A stretch of 64,000 nt of DNA, from contig CM059432.1 of NCBI GenBank assembly GCA_030390025.1, positions 115,198,001 to 115,262,000 of the forward strand. The letters run 5' to 3'. The DNA is from Squalus acanthias. Lineage: Eukaryota. Positions 1-12,396 of the stretch are shown piece by piece. The notes below the pieces were generated by a model, which did no database searches, was not told where the DNA came from, and worked only from the letters and a program-made list of their open reading frames with translations. Both the position numbers and the translations under genes were made by a program. Position 1 is the stretch's first letter. Each line of letters opens with the position of its first letter.

Positions 1-227
1 TGTCATAAGGCATTTTGTATAGACACAATGATATGCCACAACATCATGAGTAAAAATACTGCATTTCTGGCAATTTGGTTCAAATTAGCAGATCAAATAT
101 TTTGATATCATAATCAATAAGATTCCTGTGTGATTTATAAAATGAACCTAGTGCTATTTATAAAATATCATTGGATAATATATTAAAAATCATATATCTG
201 CATGCACATTCTGTCTACAAAGCCTTA

Positions 228-575
228 GGGGTAAAAATTGGGTGGCGCCCGCGTAACCTTCGCCGGGGCACTAATTTTAGCGCCCCGAAAATGTTAGCAC
301 CCCCATGGCCGATTTTCCTACTGGAAGTGCCTCGCGTCCCTCTTGGGGCGCTGCGAGCCAATATCGCGGCACTACATGCTGCAGCGCCACGCGCTGCAAT
401 GCTATGTGTGGCGCTGCGGCACGTTGCGCCGCGGTACTGCAGGCCTTCCTCCCCTTATTAAAGGGGAGGGGCCTAGCGCTGCGTGTCCTGGCGCCCAGCT
501 GGGCCACCAGGGATTGGGAGTGCCAGCAAACGAGCCCGGCACTCAAGAGGAGTGCCAGGCTCACGGAGAGCAGCC
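228..575. mobile_element. Truncated PIF/Harbinger-type MITE, same family as 39162-39815 in the opposite orientation
   Basis: Begins TTA|GGGGTAAAAATTGGG, the reverse complement of the right end of 39162-39815. Internal blocks are shared (CTCCCCTTATTAAAGGGGAGGGGCCT, CCCAGCTGGGCCACCAGGGAT). Right end not found. Confidence 0.7.
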
Positions 576-684
576 GGTTTTTGTGTCAACTTTTCCTATT
601 ATAAATTCCTCCATCCACATTTAAAATGGCGATCGCCTTGTAAAGCTTTAATTATGTCTTCCCACAATTGGCATTGCTGCAGCA

Positions 685-983
685 CCTCACTCCGCTCTCG
701 CCCGCCGCCTCACTCCGCTCTCGCCCGCCGCCTCACTCCGCTCTCGCCCGCCGCCTCACTCCGCTCTCGCCCGCCGCCTCACTCCGCTCTCGCCCGCCGC
801 CTCACTCCGCTCTCGCCCGCCGCCTCACTCCGCTCTCGCCCGCCGCCTCACTCCGCTCTCGCCCGCCGCCTCACTCCGCTCTCGCCCGCCGCCTCACTCC
901 GCTCTCGCCCGCCGCCTCACTCCGCTCTCGCCCGCCGCCTCACTCCGCTCTCGCCCGCCGCCTCACTCCGCTCTCGCCCGGCG
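685..983. repeat. Minisatellite, 13 x 23 bp (CCTCACTCCGCTCTCGCCCGCCG)
   Basis: Read directly: 12 identical units plus a 13th with one change, no spacers. Confidence 0.95.
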
Positions 984-1435
984 TCTCAGTCTGTACTGCA
1001 GAGAAACTCCTGTGCTCTAAATAACTCTAGCTCTCTGCTTCCCAAATTGCCTAAGTTTTGCAATTTAACTATTAATAATAGAAAGTCAAAGTATTATATA
1101 AAAATAAGGACAGAGTGTGCATGACTTTCAAATGGGGATTGAATTCTGACAGCATGCCCTGGTCCAATTATCCCCTGCCCTTTAACTCCGCATCACATGA
1201 CTCCCCAGGAGGTTGACTGGTTTATGTAACATATTACTGCTATTCATTCACTTATTCTTCTTTTGCTAAATAAATTATGTTTACTAGTTTAAACCTAAAA
1301 CAAGATCTGATGTAATGCTTTACTGCTTATCAAAGATGAAAGAGAAAGTCTGTGGATGCATAGGATAATTTAAGTAACTAAAATAATCAATGGAAAAGTT
1401 TTCTGTTTGTTTTCCTGATACGTTGCTGGAATTTT

Positions 1436-1824
1436 TGTGCGAAGATACTCTCAAAGGCATAGAGTTAGAATTCGCCTACGAAAGTGATCTAAGACATGGG
1501 AGCCAAAGAGAGCCTCAACAGGGTTTTTTTTTCTCTTCCTCCACTCCCAAACAGGGTATCTCTCTCTCCGTCTGTCTGTGTGTCTCTCTCTCTCTCTCTC
1601 TCTCCCTCTCCGCACAAACAAAGACCCAAGACACTCCCTCTCCCTCACGCCATCAAAAGGGACTTTCTCTTCAGCCCCCATCGTACCTCGTCTTTCATCT
1701 CTCCCAGTTATATAGGAAAGACCGTATCTTAACTGCTGTGCAGTATACTGAGGTCACAGGAGGAGGAAGCAGCAGAAGTGTCAGCAGGTCATGCCATTCT
1801 GTGGGTCCAGCCTCCTTTTACTAC
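1436..1824 (-). mobile_element. Possible solo LTR with internal (TC)n tract
   Basis: TG...CA ends and a TATA-like CCTATATAA on the minus strand near 1710. No TSD identified. Confidence 0.3.
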
Positions 1825-2527
1825 ATCAGGCTGCAAAGGGGTGAATGGAACTACATCCCGAAGAATTTGACACCACCGGGAGAAATCCTGGCATCAATTT
1901 CTTCGGGGCAGAGCCCCAGCGTTATTGGGTTCTGCTTAATTTCTCATCCCACTTGTTCCTGCCTGCTGCGGTTACTCTGGTATTCCACTTCAGCCCCTGA
2001 GGAAAGTCAGGGCCATAGGCTTGTACATAGGACAAGGTTCCTCCATATGCACATTTTGTTTTCTCATACTGGAGCTGAATGTGGGAAGGATTTGTTTTAT
2101 GATCAGATATCAGTAAATCAAGCCATATTCTGCTAACACAAACAGCCACTTGACAGTGAGAAGGTAATTTATATTCTGAAGGTGTCCCTTCAGGTCGTGA
2201 TGACATACATCTGTTAATGTTTACGTACTCTATAAGCCAAGCCATACATTTTAAGCAAACAAAATGCAGCTATTTCTGAAACACACCTGCAGCCGTTTTT
2301 TTGTGGAAAATAATAGGACTTTCAGCTCACTGGAAGATATCTGGCCTGGCACATCCAGATACACCAACAAACTGCTGAATGACAGCTCTAAGGAGATAAT
2401 GAAACTGGAAAAATAAATAGGGAGAGTTCTGTAGAATTTCTTGATGTTCCATGAAATCCCGATTATGGTTGTAAAATATTTTGCCAGTAATCTGTGATGA
2501 TTCCAGCATAATTTTAAGTTTCCAGTC

Positions 2528-3580
2528 CTGAATAGAATCATACAGCACTGAAGGAGGCCATTCAGCCCATCATGCTTGTGCTGGCTCTCTGAAAGAGTGA
2601 TCCAATTAGTCCCACTCTCCTGCTCTTTCCACATAGCTATACAAATGTTTCCCCCCTCAGGTGTTTATCCAATTCCCTTTTGAATGTTAATATTGAATCT
2701 GCTTCCCCACCACCCTTTCAGGCAGTGCATTCCAGATCATCATAACTCGCTACATAAAAAAAATCTCCTCATCTCCCCTCTGGTTCTTTTGCCAACTATC
2801 TTAAATCTGTGTCCTCTGGTTACCAACCCTCCTGCCAATGGAAACAGTTTCTCCTTATTTACTCGATCAAAACCCTCATAATTTTGAACACCTCTATTAA
2901 ATCTCCCTTTAACCATCTCTGTTCTAAGGAGAACAATCCCAGCTTCTGTAGTCTCTCCACAGAACTGAAGTCCCTGATCCCTGGAACCATTCTAGAAAAT
3001 CTTCTCTGCACCCTCTCCAAGGCCTTGCCATCCTTCCCAAAGTGTGGTGCCCAGCATTGGACACAATACTCAATACTCCAGCGGAGGCCAATTTAATCTA
3101 ACCAGGTGATTTATAAAGGTTTAGCATAGCTTCATTGCTTTTATACTATTTGCCTCTATTTATAAAGCCATGGCTCTTGTATGCTTTTTTAACCACCTTA
3201 TTAACTTGTCCTGCCACCTTCAAAGATGTCTGTATGTAAACCCCCAAGTTTCTCGGTTCCTGCACCTCCACTAAAATCGCACCATTTAGTTTATATCACC
3301 TCTCCTCATTCTTCCTTTCAAAATGCATCACTTCACTGCATTAAATTTCATCTGCCATGTGTCTGCCCATTTAACCAGTCTGTCTATGAAGTATGCTGCT
3401 ATCCTCTTCAAGGTTTACCACATTTCCGAGTTTCATGTCATCTGCAAACTTTGAAATTATGCCCTTTATACCAAAGTCCAAGTCATTAATATATATCAAA
3501 AAGAGCAGTGGTCCTAATACTGACCCCTGGGGGACATCACTGTATACTTCCCTCCAGTCTGAGAAACAACCATTCTTACA
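2528..3580 (-). mobile_element. CR1 LINE, 5'-truncated and degraded
   Basis: CR1 3' tail (ATAGAATCATACAGCAC...GAAGGAGGCCATTC) and RT motifs (PQGSVLGP, KFADD) on the minus strand. Confidence 0.9.
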
Positions 3581-4489
3581 ATTTGCCTCTTGTAATTAAC
3601 TGTTCCTGTTATTCAGTAACAATGAGGTTTCCAAAGATATCTTAAATTACCCTAGAGTTAAAGAACACTTGTGACAATATGTTCACTTGATTGTTGTTAA
3701 CAAGTGGAATCAGTGGGAATGCAATTGGAATTCTGTTACATGCAATCTGTGACTTTCTATAACCTTTTTATCAAAGCTAGATTGCACTGCGGAACTTCCA
3801 CAGAATGTAGACATGGGGGTGGGGAATTTCCACAGGGACTTCTCCCACTTGTACGCTGTAACTTCAGCAGAAAAACCATGGAAACCCCAGAAAAATGGGG
3901 AAACTGCAATGTTACAACAGTCAACTGGGAGAACCCCCTTAGACATTCAATACGCCGAGAATTCTGCAGATCTGCAATCAAAGTAAAATTTTACAATGAC
4001 CTGCTGCTACTCAAATAACAACATGCACAGGGATGCTAGTCTGGAGAATGGAAGAGAAGAAAGTTACATTGAAGAGCTGGGTGCTTTTAACTATAGAAGG
4101 TCACCACCTAAGGAGAACAATCCCAGCTTCTGTAGTCTGATGAGCTGGTTACCTGGGACTGGACATCAGAGCAGGGCTCTCAAATTCAGATATCCATGAA
4201 GACCATTAATACTCATTCAGATGACCTTATGTGATAAACCAAAGAAAAAGGTCACACATTTTGCCCATAATTCTAAAGCTAGGATCACCATCTATGCAGA
4301 AGACCATCATCCAACAGGAGCATAGGTTTCAACAGTCCTTAAATTTTTGAATAGTTTCACAAGATTTCAGTGCCTCCCTGTGAACTGAGGAAAATAACGG
4401 TTTGCGTAGTGGAACAGAAACAGAGGGTAAGGTTTTCAATTTGTGTTAGGCCAGTTCCCTGACTCTGGGTGTATTATAATTAGATGCAA

Positions 4490-4805
4490 CTTACTGGAAT
4501 ACCTCATCCACCCTCCCAAACCCCCGAACTCTACCGCCTAGAAGGACAAGGGCAGCAGGCACAAGGGAACACCATCACCTCCAAGTTACACACCATCCTA
4601 ACTTGGAAATATATTGCCATTCCTTCATCGTTGCTGGGTCAAAATCCTGGAACTCCCTCCCTAACAGCACTGTGGGAGTACCGTCACCACAAGGACTGCA
4701 GCGGTTCAAAAGGGCGGCTCACCACCACCTTCTCAAGGGCAATTAGGGATGGGCAATAAATGCTGGCCTTGCCAGCAACACCCACATCCCAGGAACGAAT
4801 AAAAT
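4490..4805 (+). mobile_element. CR1/L2-group LINE 3' end
   Basis: WNSLP-coding end followed by GGGCAATAAATGCTGGCC...GAATAAAA. The same end occurs at 11245 and on the SINE at 8665. Confidence 0.75.
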
Positions 4806-5267
4806 ATATATATATTTTCCGTCATATGTGCCATAGCAATATTGGGCACAAGGAATACCGGTGCAGTCCAGCATTGTTATGGGAAATGGAGGGGGGACTT
4901 AAATGTTGAATAATCCGAAGGGAGTTGAGTCAATTGTGGCATTTTTCTTCTTGCAGGAGGAGCAGGCTCCCCAGCAGTGGCCAGGGAGCCCTCCTCATTT
5001 ATGCAAGACTGCCTGACCCCCCCCAAAAAATGGCAAGAGTCAGGGGTGCATCCTTGTGGCAGCCAGACCTCCCATGGTGTCCTCAATTACTCTGGTGCAT
5101 GCATGGGCCGCATTACACCAGGGCTCAGCTCATGTCCTGTGATACTGTACAGATGTCACGAGTCATGGCTACAGAGGATAGTCTTGATCTTCCAAGATCC
5201 ACTCAGACACTTGCTTGTTTTGGCCAAAGAATGCTGGTACAATGGACTGCCTCAACATGAAAGTATC

Positions 5268-5947
5268 GGTGCAGAAATTCTGATCCCTACGGGTGTGTAC
5301 GCGCTGTGTACTCACCCGTAGGGACATCGGAAATGCTGGTTTCAGGCATTTCCGATCTGTCAAGAAAGAAGGGCCTCTGCGAGCAGAGAGTTCCGCTTTT
5401 TGGAGACCCTCCGCCCACAGAAAACACTTACAATTCTTGCGCCTGGTAAAATCAGGCATAAGGCCTGCTTTTACCAGGATAAGAGTTGAAAAAAAGTTTT
5501 TAAAAAAATTTTCACTGATTTATCATTTAAAAATACTTTAAAGAAAGGTAAGTTTATTTTTAGCCCCATTAAAAACTTTAATTACTTTTCTCAAAAAATA
5601 AAATTTTTGTTTAAAATACTTAATTTATTGTAATTTAAAGTCATTTTAAAAATGTGATTAAAAAAAAAAAATTATTTAAAGTTTTACTATGTTTTAGGGG
5701 TGATCTCTATTCATATATTTGACAGGAAGACCTGTCAAATATATGAATAAAGGGAGATTCCCTTCTCTGATTGGCTCCCCATGGCCCATGTGATCCCAGG
5801 GACGCTGCGAACCGCCTGCGCACCGGCAGTTTGGAGAGGCCCAGCAGCGGAACTCTGCACCTCCTGGGAGCCCTCCGGTCTTGGCGCAGATTTTTCCAGA
5901 TCGCAGCCCTCTGCCCGCGGGAGGCCTGCGATCGAAATATCTGGGCC
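5268..5947. mobile_element. PIF/Harbinger-type MITE
   Basis: Imperfect TIRs GGTGCAGAAATT / ATATCTGGGCC, 3-bp flanks ATC/ATT, AT-rich core. Same family as 47176-47750. Confidence 0.75.
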
Positions 5948-6089
5948 ATTATATCAACTCCCAGGCACGCAGGCATTTACTAGCATAATGCAGTGCACTG
6001 GTTGCAAACGAGCTGCACACTGAGAGTGGGGTTCTTTCCTGTTGATGTAGGTTAAGGGCATTGAGAAAAGGAGCATGAAGGGCCCAAAA

Positions 6090-6157
6090 TGATGCTGGAA
6101 ATCTGAAATAAAAACAGAAAATGCTGGAAACATTCAGCAGGTCAGGCAGCATGTGTG
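6090..6157 (-). mobile_element. Penelope-like pLTR terminal fragment without ribozyme
   Basis: GATGCTGGAAATCTGAAATAAAAACAGAAAATGCTGG matches the end of 16853-17413. Confidence 0.75.
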
Positions 6158-6779
6158 CATGCCATCATAACTTCACCTGAAGTGTGGCAGAAACCCTGAT
6201 TGTGCACATCAATGGGATTTCCGCCACATGCCTGTCAAAGATATGGTGACGGAGCAGTAGCAGCACTGCAGAACTTCCCGGCCTGTGTCATTTTCATCTA
6301 ATTTGTATGGAACTGTCCAAAAATAGGCAAGCGTTTTCTTGAAGTCGTCAGAAATGACAGCAAAAAATTGGGCTCATGAAAATGTGAGTGGAGATCCAGA
6401 ATAATGGAACTCTGCCCAATTTTCCCCAAACAGGCATGTCTGCTGATAGCATACTACTATAATTTTAGAGACCTTTTCAGAGCTGTACAACAACACACCC
6501 ATGGTACTGTTGTTTCAGAATGCCCATTCTATACTTTCTTTGTATTCTTATAGAGCCATGTGCCTTGTACTATATTGTTTTTGCTGCAGTTCATGGATTC
6601 TGCACTGCTATTATCAGCCAAGACTCAATAGGGTATTCATTGGATCCTCAATTAGGGCAAAAGTGGCTTAAAATAATGATGGGAGAATTGACTGGTATGG
6701 AATGAATACATTGTGCCAATTTGGCATCCATCTGCATGATGTAGTTTTGATGATTGCATACAATGGTGGAGTGGATTTC

Positions 6780-7350
6780 CTATTCATAAATGCCTGGAGT
6801 ACTGTGCACAGTTTTGATCTCCTTATCTAAGGAAGGACATACTTGCCTTGGAGGCGGTGCAACGAAGGTTCACTAGATTGATTCCTGGGATGAGAGGGCT
6901 GTCCTATGATGAGAGATTGTGTAGAATGGGCCTATACTCTCTGGAGTTTAGAAGAATGAGAGGTGATCTCATTCAAACATACAAGATTCTGAAGGGGATT
7001 GACGGTAGATGCTGAGAGGCTGTTTCCCCTGGCTGGAGTGTCTAGAACTAGGGGGCATAGTCTCAGGATAAGGGGTCGGCCATTTAAGACTGAGATGAGG
7101 AGGAATTTCTTCACTCAGAGGGTTGTGAATCTTTGGAATTCTCTGCCCCAGAGGGCTGTGAATGCTGTGTCTTTGAGTATATTCAAGGCTGAGATCGATA
7201 GATTTTTGGACTCTAGGGGAATCAAGGGATATGGAGATCAGGCGGGAAAGTGGAGTTGAGGTTGATGATCAGCCATGATCTTATTGAATGGCGGAGCAGG
7301 CTCGAGGGGCTGTATGGCCTACTCCTGCTCCTATTTCTTATGTTCTTATG
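6780..7350 (+). mobile_element. CR1 LINE 3' fragment
   Basis: ORF 6999..7259 (RTRGHSLRIRGRPFKTEMRRNFFTQRVVNLWNSLP) and tail TTCTTATGTTCTTATG. Confidence 0.93.
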
Positions 7351-7599
7351 CCATTAAATTGGTGAAAGAAGCCTATGTAGTCACATGGGTTCCATCAATA
7401 AGACCCTGCACTCTTAGGAAGGCAGCCACTGGGAAGAAGAAGAGCTGGCTGGTTCCCCAAAGAAAAGTAATGAAGTCCATCGCCCAGGAAAACAAGGCAG
7501 CAGTAGCCTGATGTGGGCTACAGTGCACTGCAGACTCATTAATCCGATAGATGTCCCCCCAAGGATCAGAAGATTTCTCTGTGGTGTTTGCTGGCACTT

Positions 7600-8010
7600 T
7601 CGACAAATAATCATGACCTCCCCGTGAACTCCCAAAATATCCAAAAACTTCACATACATTGAATTACTTTGAAATGCAGTCAATGTTGTTATTTAAGCAA
7701 ACATGGCAGCCATATTACACACAGAAAGATCCCATAAATACCAATGCGATGAATGAGCAGTTCATCTATATTTTTTGGTGATATTGGTTGTCCAGGAGAC
7801 CTCACTGCTGTTCTTCAAATAATACCGTAGGACCTTTAATATTCACTTAAACAATGGCTTAATGTTTCATCTGAAGGACAGCACATCCAACAATACAGAA
7901 CTCCCTCAGTGCTACGCTGAAGTGTCAGCCTAGATTATGTGCTGAACTCCCAGAATGGGATTTGAACCGATGAGCTTCTAACTCAGAGGCAAGAGTACAA
8001 CCAACTGATC
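7600..8010 (-). mobile_element. Degraded SacSINE1-like DeuSINE
   Basis: Reverse-complement similarity to 36621-37083 (CTCCCTCAG, GTGTCAGCCTAGAT, CTCAGAGGCAAGAG). Confidence 0.7.
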
Positions 8011-8664
8011 CAAGTAGAGGTGTTTGGATAGTACAGGTGGAAACAAAAACTGTATGCATTTCCTAATATGAATGGCTGGCAGACAAGGCTTCCCACTGGT
8101 GGCATGCATTTGTACAATCGACCCTACAATGTCCAGGGAGAGGTGTGATTGACTGCAGTGACTAGGTCGAGTCCTTAACATGTGCTTATTACAGTTCAAA
8201 ATTAACCTGTTTAAAGTATACCAGTTTAACTGAGTGTTTATACAAATTGGTGGATTAAACCATGCAGCCTTCCCAAATTGAACTACAAACTTTTTGTATA
8301 TTCATGCAATATATTAACAAGGATAATTCGGTACTTTTTGTGCATTCTTCAGCAATTAAAATGTATACCACATACGGTTAGATAATTATCAGTAGTAAAC
8401 TCTTTTCCTTTTCAAGTGCTGTACCAGAATGAATACAGGGGAGAGGAATGAACAGATGTGGTCTGTGCCCCAGGGACGATGGTCTCCCCTTCTGACAGAT
8501 AGGAGGCATTAGATGAATCATCCTACCCAGAGAGAACTGCACCTCATTATAGGGCCAGACTGATTATCAAGTTTAACCATTGCTGCTGCCGCCATCTCAA
8601 AATAAAACAGTAAAAACTTTGTTGTTGAGGAAATCGTGCAGCATTACCAGCCACTTCTGCAGAA

Positions 8665-9033
8665 GTTTTTTTTTAATTTGTTTATTGCCCATCTCTAAAT
8701 GGGCTTGAGAAGGTGGTGAGCTGCCTTCTTGAACCACAGAGGGCAGTTAAGAGTCAACCACATTGCTGTGGGTCTGGAGTCACAGGTAGGCCAGACCAGG
8801 TAAGGACGGCTGATTTCCTTCCACTAAAAGGACATTAGTGAACCAGTTGGGTTTTTACAGACAATCCAGTTGTTTCATGGTCACCATTACTGATACTAGC
8901 ATTTTAATTTCAGATTTATTTAATTAACTGAATTTAAATTCCCCAGCTGCCATGGTGGGATTTGAACTCACGTCTCTGGATTATTAACACAGACCTCGGG
9001 ATTACTAGTCCAGTAACATAACCACTATGCTAC
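8665..9033 (-). mobile_element. tRNA-derived SINE with LINE-derived 3' tail
   Basis: Minus-strand head GTAGCATAGTGGTTATG and box B GAGTTCAAATCCC; tail shared with the LINE at 4490. Second copy at 62758-63065. Confidence 0.8.
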
Positions 9034-10269
9034 TGTATCCCATTATTACAAACCATGAGCTCGTTCAGAACACTGGAGAAATGGCTACAAATGTTGCACA
9101 AAATGCAGCTGATGATAATAGGCCCCTTGCTTTTTCTGGAGTCTCTATGGAATCTAATGGAAGATATGTGCCTTAAAGCCCCATGTGCTGTGGCATATAA
9201 CAAAGACAGGCCATCTACACACTGCCAAAATAGATGTTTAACTTTGTACCTCAAAGTGTCATCTTGATTGAGAAATGTCACTTGTGACCATATTGCCCTC
9301 GCCAGGGTGATTTGCTTGCCACTGCACTTTGACTGTTGGTATCCTTCAACTGGCTGAGTGTCTAATTTGTGTGCAACAATAAAGGAACTGCGCTATCGCA
9401 AAAGAACTCACTGGCAATGCAACATGGTACTTCCATGCTTTGCAGGAAATTAACAGCAGCTGAAGGCACTTGTGATTCAGTTTTCCATTATGAGCTATGT
9501 CACAATTTGCAGGTCAGTAAGTTTAGCGAACAGTACATGCATAATAATTTATAGTGGCTCCCCTCCAAACCAACGTTACAAGTGGCAGTCCTGGCAATAA
9601 TTTCCATGCACCTGCAGTCAGTGAATAGATTGATTCCTCAAAATTGCAGGGAAAGAGATTTTTTTAATATATTGTAAAAGCTTTGTTAATAGAGGCGTGA
9701 GTCAGGAACAGACTGGAACTCAGTAAAGATTAGCTTTTACAAGGATTGCCAAGAACTGGTTTTATTAAATTTGAATAAAGAAGGATTTGACAATTATAAA
9801 ACAAATGATATGCTGGTGATTTTATGAAGCTATTTATCATCCCACCCCTGAAAAGTTCTGTTAGAAATACTGAATAATGCAGAACTTTTTATTTTTAGCA
9901 AATCTGCTGCTCAGTGAGTATGCTATTTTATAATGATTGGAGCATTATACCAAGTAATATACAACGTATTATATTATAGTTGATGTCCTTGCTCATGGAC
10001 AAAAAAAACACTTATCCTATAATGGTCTCTCTGCTTCTTTCCCACCCTCTAATTCTTTATGTCACTTTCTCAGTCTTTGTCTCTCTTTCTTGCTCACCCC
10101 CTGTCTTTCGCTATAGATGTCACACATATTGTAGCGTCTGCATCACTCTGTCAGACTCCTTTTCTCATTGTTTCCATCCTATTCTTTCTATAAATCTCCC
10201 CTCCCCTCTTTTTAGCGGCAAAGACTTTGTGTGACTATCACGCATGTTCTTTTACTGATTTCTTACAAT

Positions 10270-10900
10270 GTTTAAAGGTGGACGGTGTGCCAGAAGATGG
10301 GAGGCAATGTGTATCAGGTTGGAGGTGGGGTAGGGGGAGGCTGTTGGAGAGATGCTGCAACACGGATGATTGAAAGAGAAGGTGGGGCTGAAGGGGGGAC
10401 CAGAGGTTAGGGTAAGGCAGCTGTAAGGAAGCCAGGATTTGGGTTTTAAGTGCAGGTGGCATAGGGTACAGCCTGGGAGAGACTGGAGAAAGGCTGGACC
10501 TAGAGGTGATCATGGAGATAAGCTGGGGAATTGCTGAGATCTGGGAATATAGTCGGATTGTGATCTGGGTCCTGGTGGCTGGACCCTGATGGGAATTCAT
10601 GGGATAGGAGGAAAATGTACGGAAGCCTGAGAGCACTGGGAGCAAAAGAATTTCTGCCTGGAAATACACTGTAGGGTGGAAGCATCTAGGGGGAGTCTAG
10701 AGAAGGAATGATTTGGGACATTTAGAATCAGGGCAAATAGTGGTACTGGTTGAACTTCATGTAGTGGGGCTGTGAGATTAGTGGGGTTGGGAGGCCATGG
10801 AGGAATGGAGTTTGGAAGTATTGATGATAGATACATGGGAGGAGAACAGAGTTGCAGATGTCCTCTGAGATAGCTTGGATAGAACAGTTAGCATAAAAGC
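10270..10900 (-). mobile_element. Highly decayed retroelement-like fragment, possibly Penelope ORF
   Basis: Purine-skewed block; minus frames give weak PRLYP/LPLD-like words only. Confidence 0.25.
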
Positions 10901-11244
10901 CTCATGTTGTGGGGACCTTCACTTCTACAGGAAGACATGTCCCTATTCCAGATGTCTACAGGTCATCCTTTAGTAAATGCTACAATTCTGACAACTTGTA
11001 CTCTAAAGTGACTAAGACAGGTCTCCTCTAATTTACCTTTCAGGATGTGTAAAGAGTTAAACACTTCTCCACGATCCCGACCAAAATTGGGCAGAGAATG
11101 TCAGAAAATACAGCAGTGAGGCCTACTATTGCCTCCATCCTGACTGGGATTTTGCGCCTCCACCAGGACCACATCTGGCCACTCTTTCTGCATTTGTACG
11201 ATGCAAATGGGTCGTCGGTGGATATCCTAACTTTCCGCGCCTGT

Positions 11245-12000
11245 TTTTAAATTTGTTCTCAAGATGTGGGCGACGTTAGCAAGGCCACATTTATTGCCCA
11301 TCCCCAGTTTCCCTAAGGTAGTAGCAGGCAATGTTCCCTGTAATTTTTCTTTGGGTGCGCGGGCCCTTTTAACTGGCTGCGCAGCCCATTCAATGTTTTG
11401 CGCATGCGCGGTTAGTACCATTATAAAGCCAATGACCCGCCTGCGCGGGACCTCCAGACCGCCACGTGGCTGTGCAGCTTAACGGAAACATTGGTGGCAG
11501 GCCTTCTTCTTGAACCACTGAAATCCCTGAGAGAATGATGCTCCCACTAGGTAGGAAATTCTAGGATACTGACCCTGTGACAATGGAGGAATCCTGATAC
11601 ATGTCCAAGTCGGGGTGATGTGTGACTTGGAGGGGAACTTGGAGGTTATGAGGTTCCCACAACATTGCTGTTCCTGTCCTTCTCGGTCGTGGAGTTCGCA
11701 GGGGAGGGAGCTGCTGTTGAAATAACCTTGGTGAGTTCCTAAAGTGCATCCTGTAGATAGTACATACTGCAGCCACAGGTCACCGTTGGTGGAGGTGGTG
11801 GAGATTGAGTCCTGTGGAAGGCACACTGATCAAGCGAACTACTCTGTTTTGGATTATGTTGAGCTTCCTGAGTGTTGTTGTGGCTGCACTCATCCAGGCA
11901 AATGGTGAGTATTCCATCACATTCCTGACTTGTGCCTCATAGATGGTAGAGAAGCTTTAAGAGATCTGAAGGTGAGACAATCGTCACAAAGTTATTGGCA
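11245..12000 (-). mobile_element. CR1/L2-group LINE 3' fragment interrupted by a hAT MITE
   Basis: Reverse complement of the 4490-4805 family end (CATTTATTGCCCATCCC, GCCTTCTTCTTGAACCACTG). Confidence 0.75.
11329..11493. mobile_element. hAT-type MITE, 165 bp
   Basis: TIRs CAATGTTCC / GGAAACATTG; 8-bp TSD GTAGCAGG (11321-11328) / GTGGCAGG (11494-11501). Confidence 0.8.
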
Positions 12001-12396
12001 CTTTTGCAATTGGGGTCCTCCAATGATGCAGAAACAGATGGGCAGCTGTTGAAAAATTGCTCCCACTTTCTTGTATCTGTCTACATTAAATGCCATTTGT
12101 CACTTATCAGCCCATCTTCCCATCCTATCCAGATCCTTGTCTCTTTGATGTGCCTCTTCCCTAAAATTTGAATTTCCCCCCACCCAATTTAGTGCTATCT
12201 GCAAGCCTAGACAGCTTAGTTTCTGTCCCCAGTTCCATGTTATTTATATACACTGTAAACAGCAAAAGCCCAGCACCCTTCCCTGTGGCACCCCACTAGA
12301 GACCTCTTCACCATATTCATACCCATATCACACAACTCTATTCACAGCCACCCTTCCTCCTATCAAGAGATGACAAGTCGCAAGAATGGGCAGTCT

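Noticed and set aside
483..1124. 213-aa and 118-aa repetitive ORFs; CRISPR-like periodicity
   Set aside because: These are translations of the 23-bp minisatellite. There are no spacers or cas genes, and the context is eukaryotic.
1390..2136. 248-aa ORF
   Set aside because: It runs through a (TC)n tract and LTR-like sequence, has no recognisable domain, and is antisense to RIMS2.
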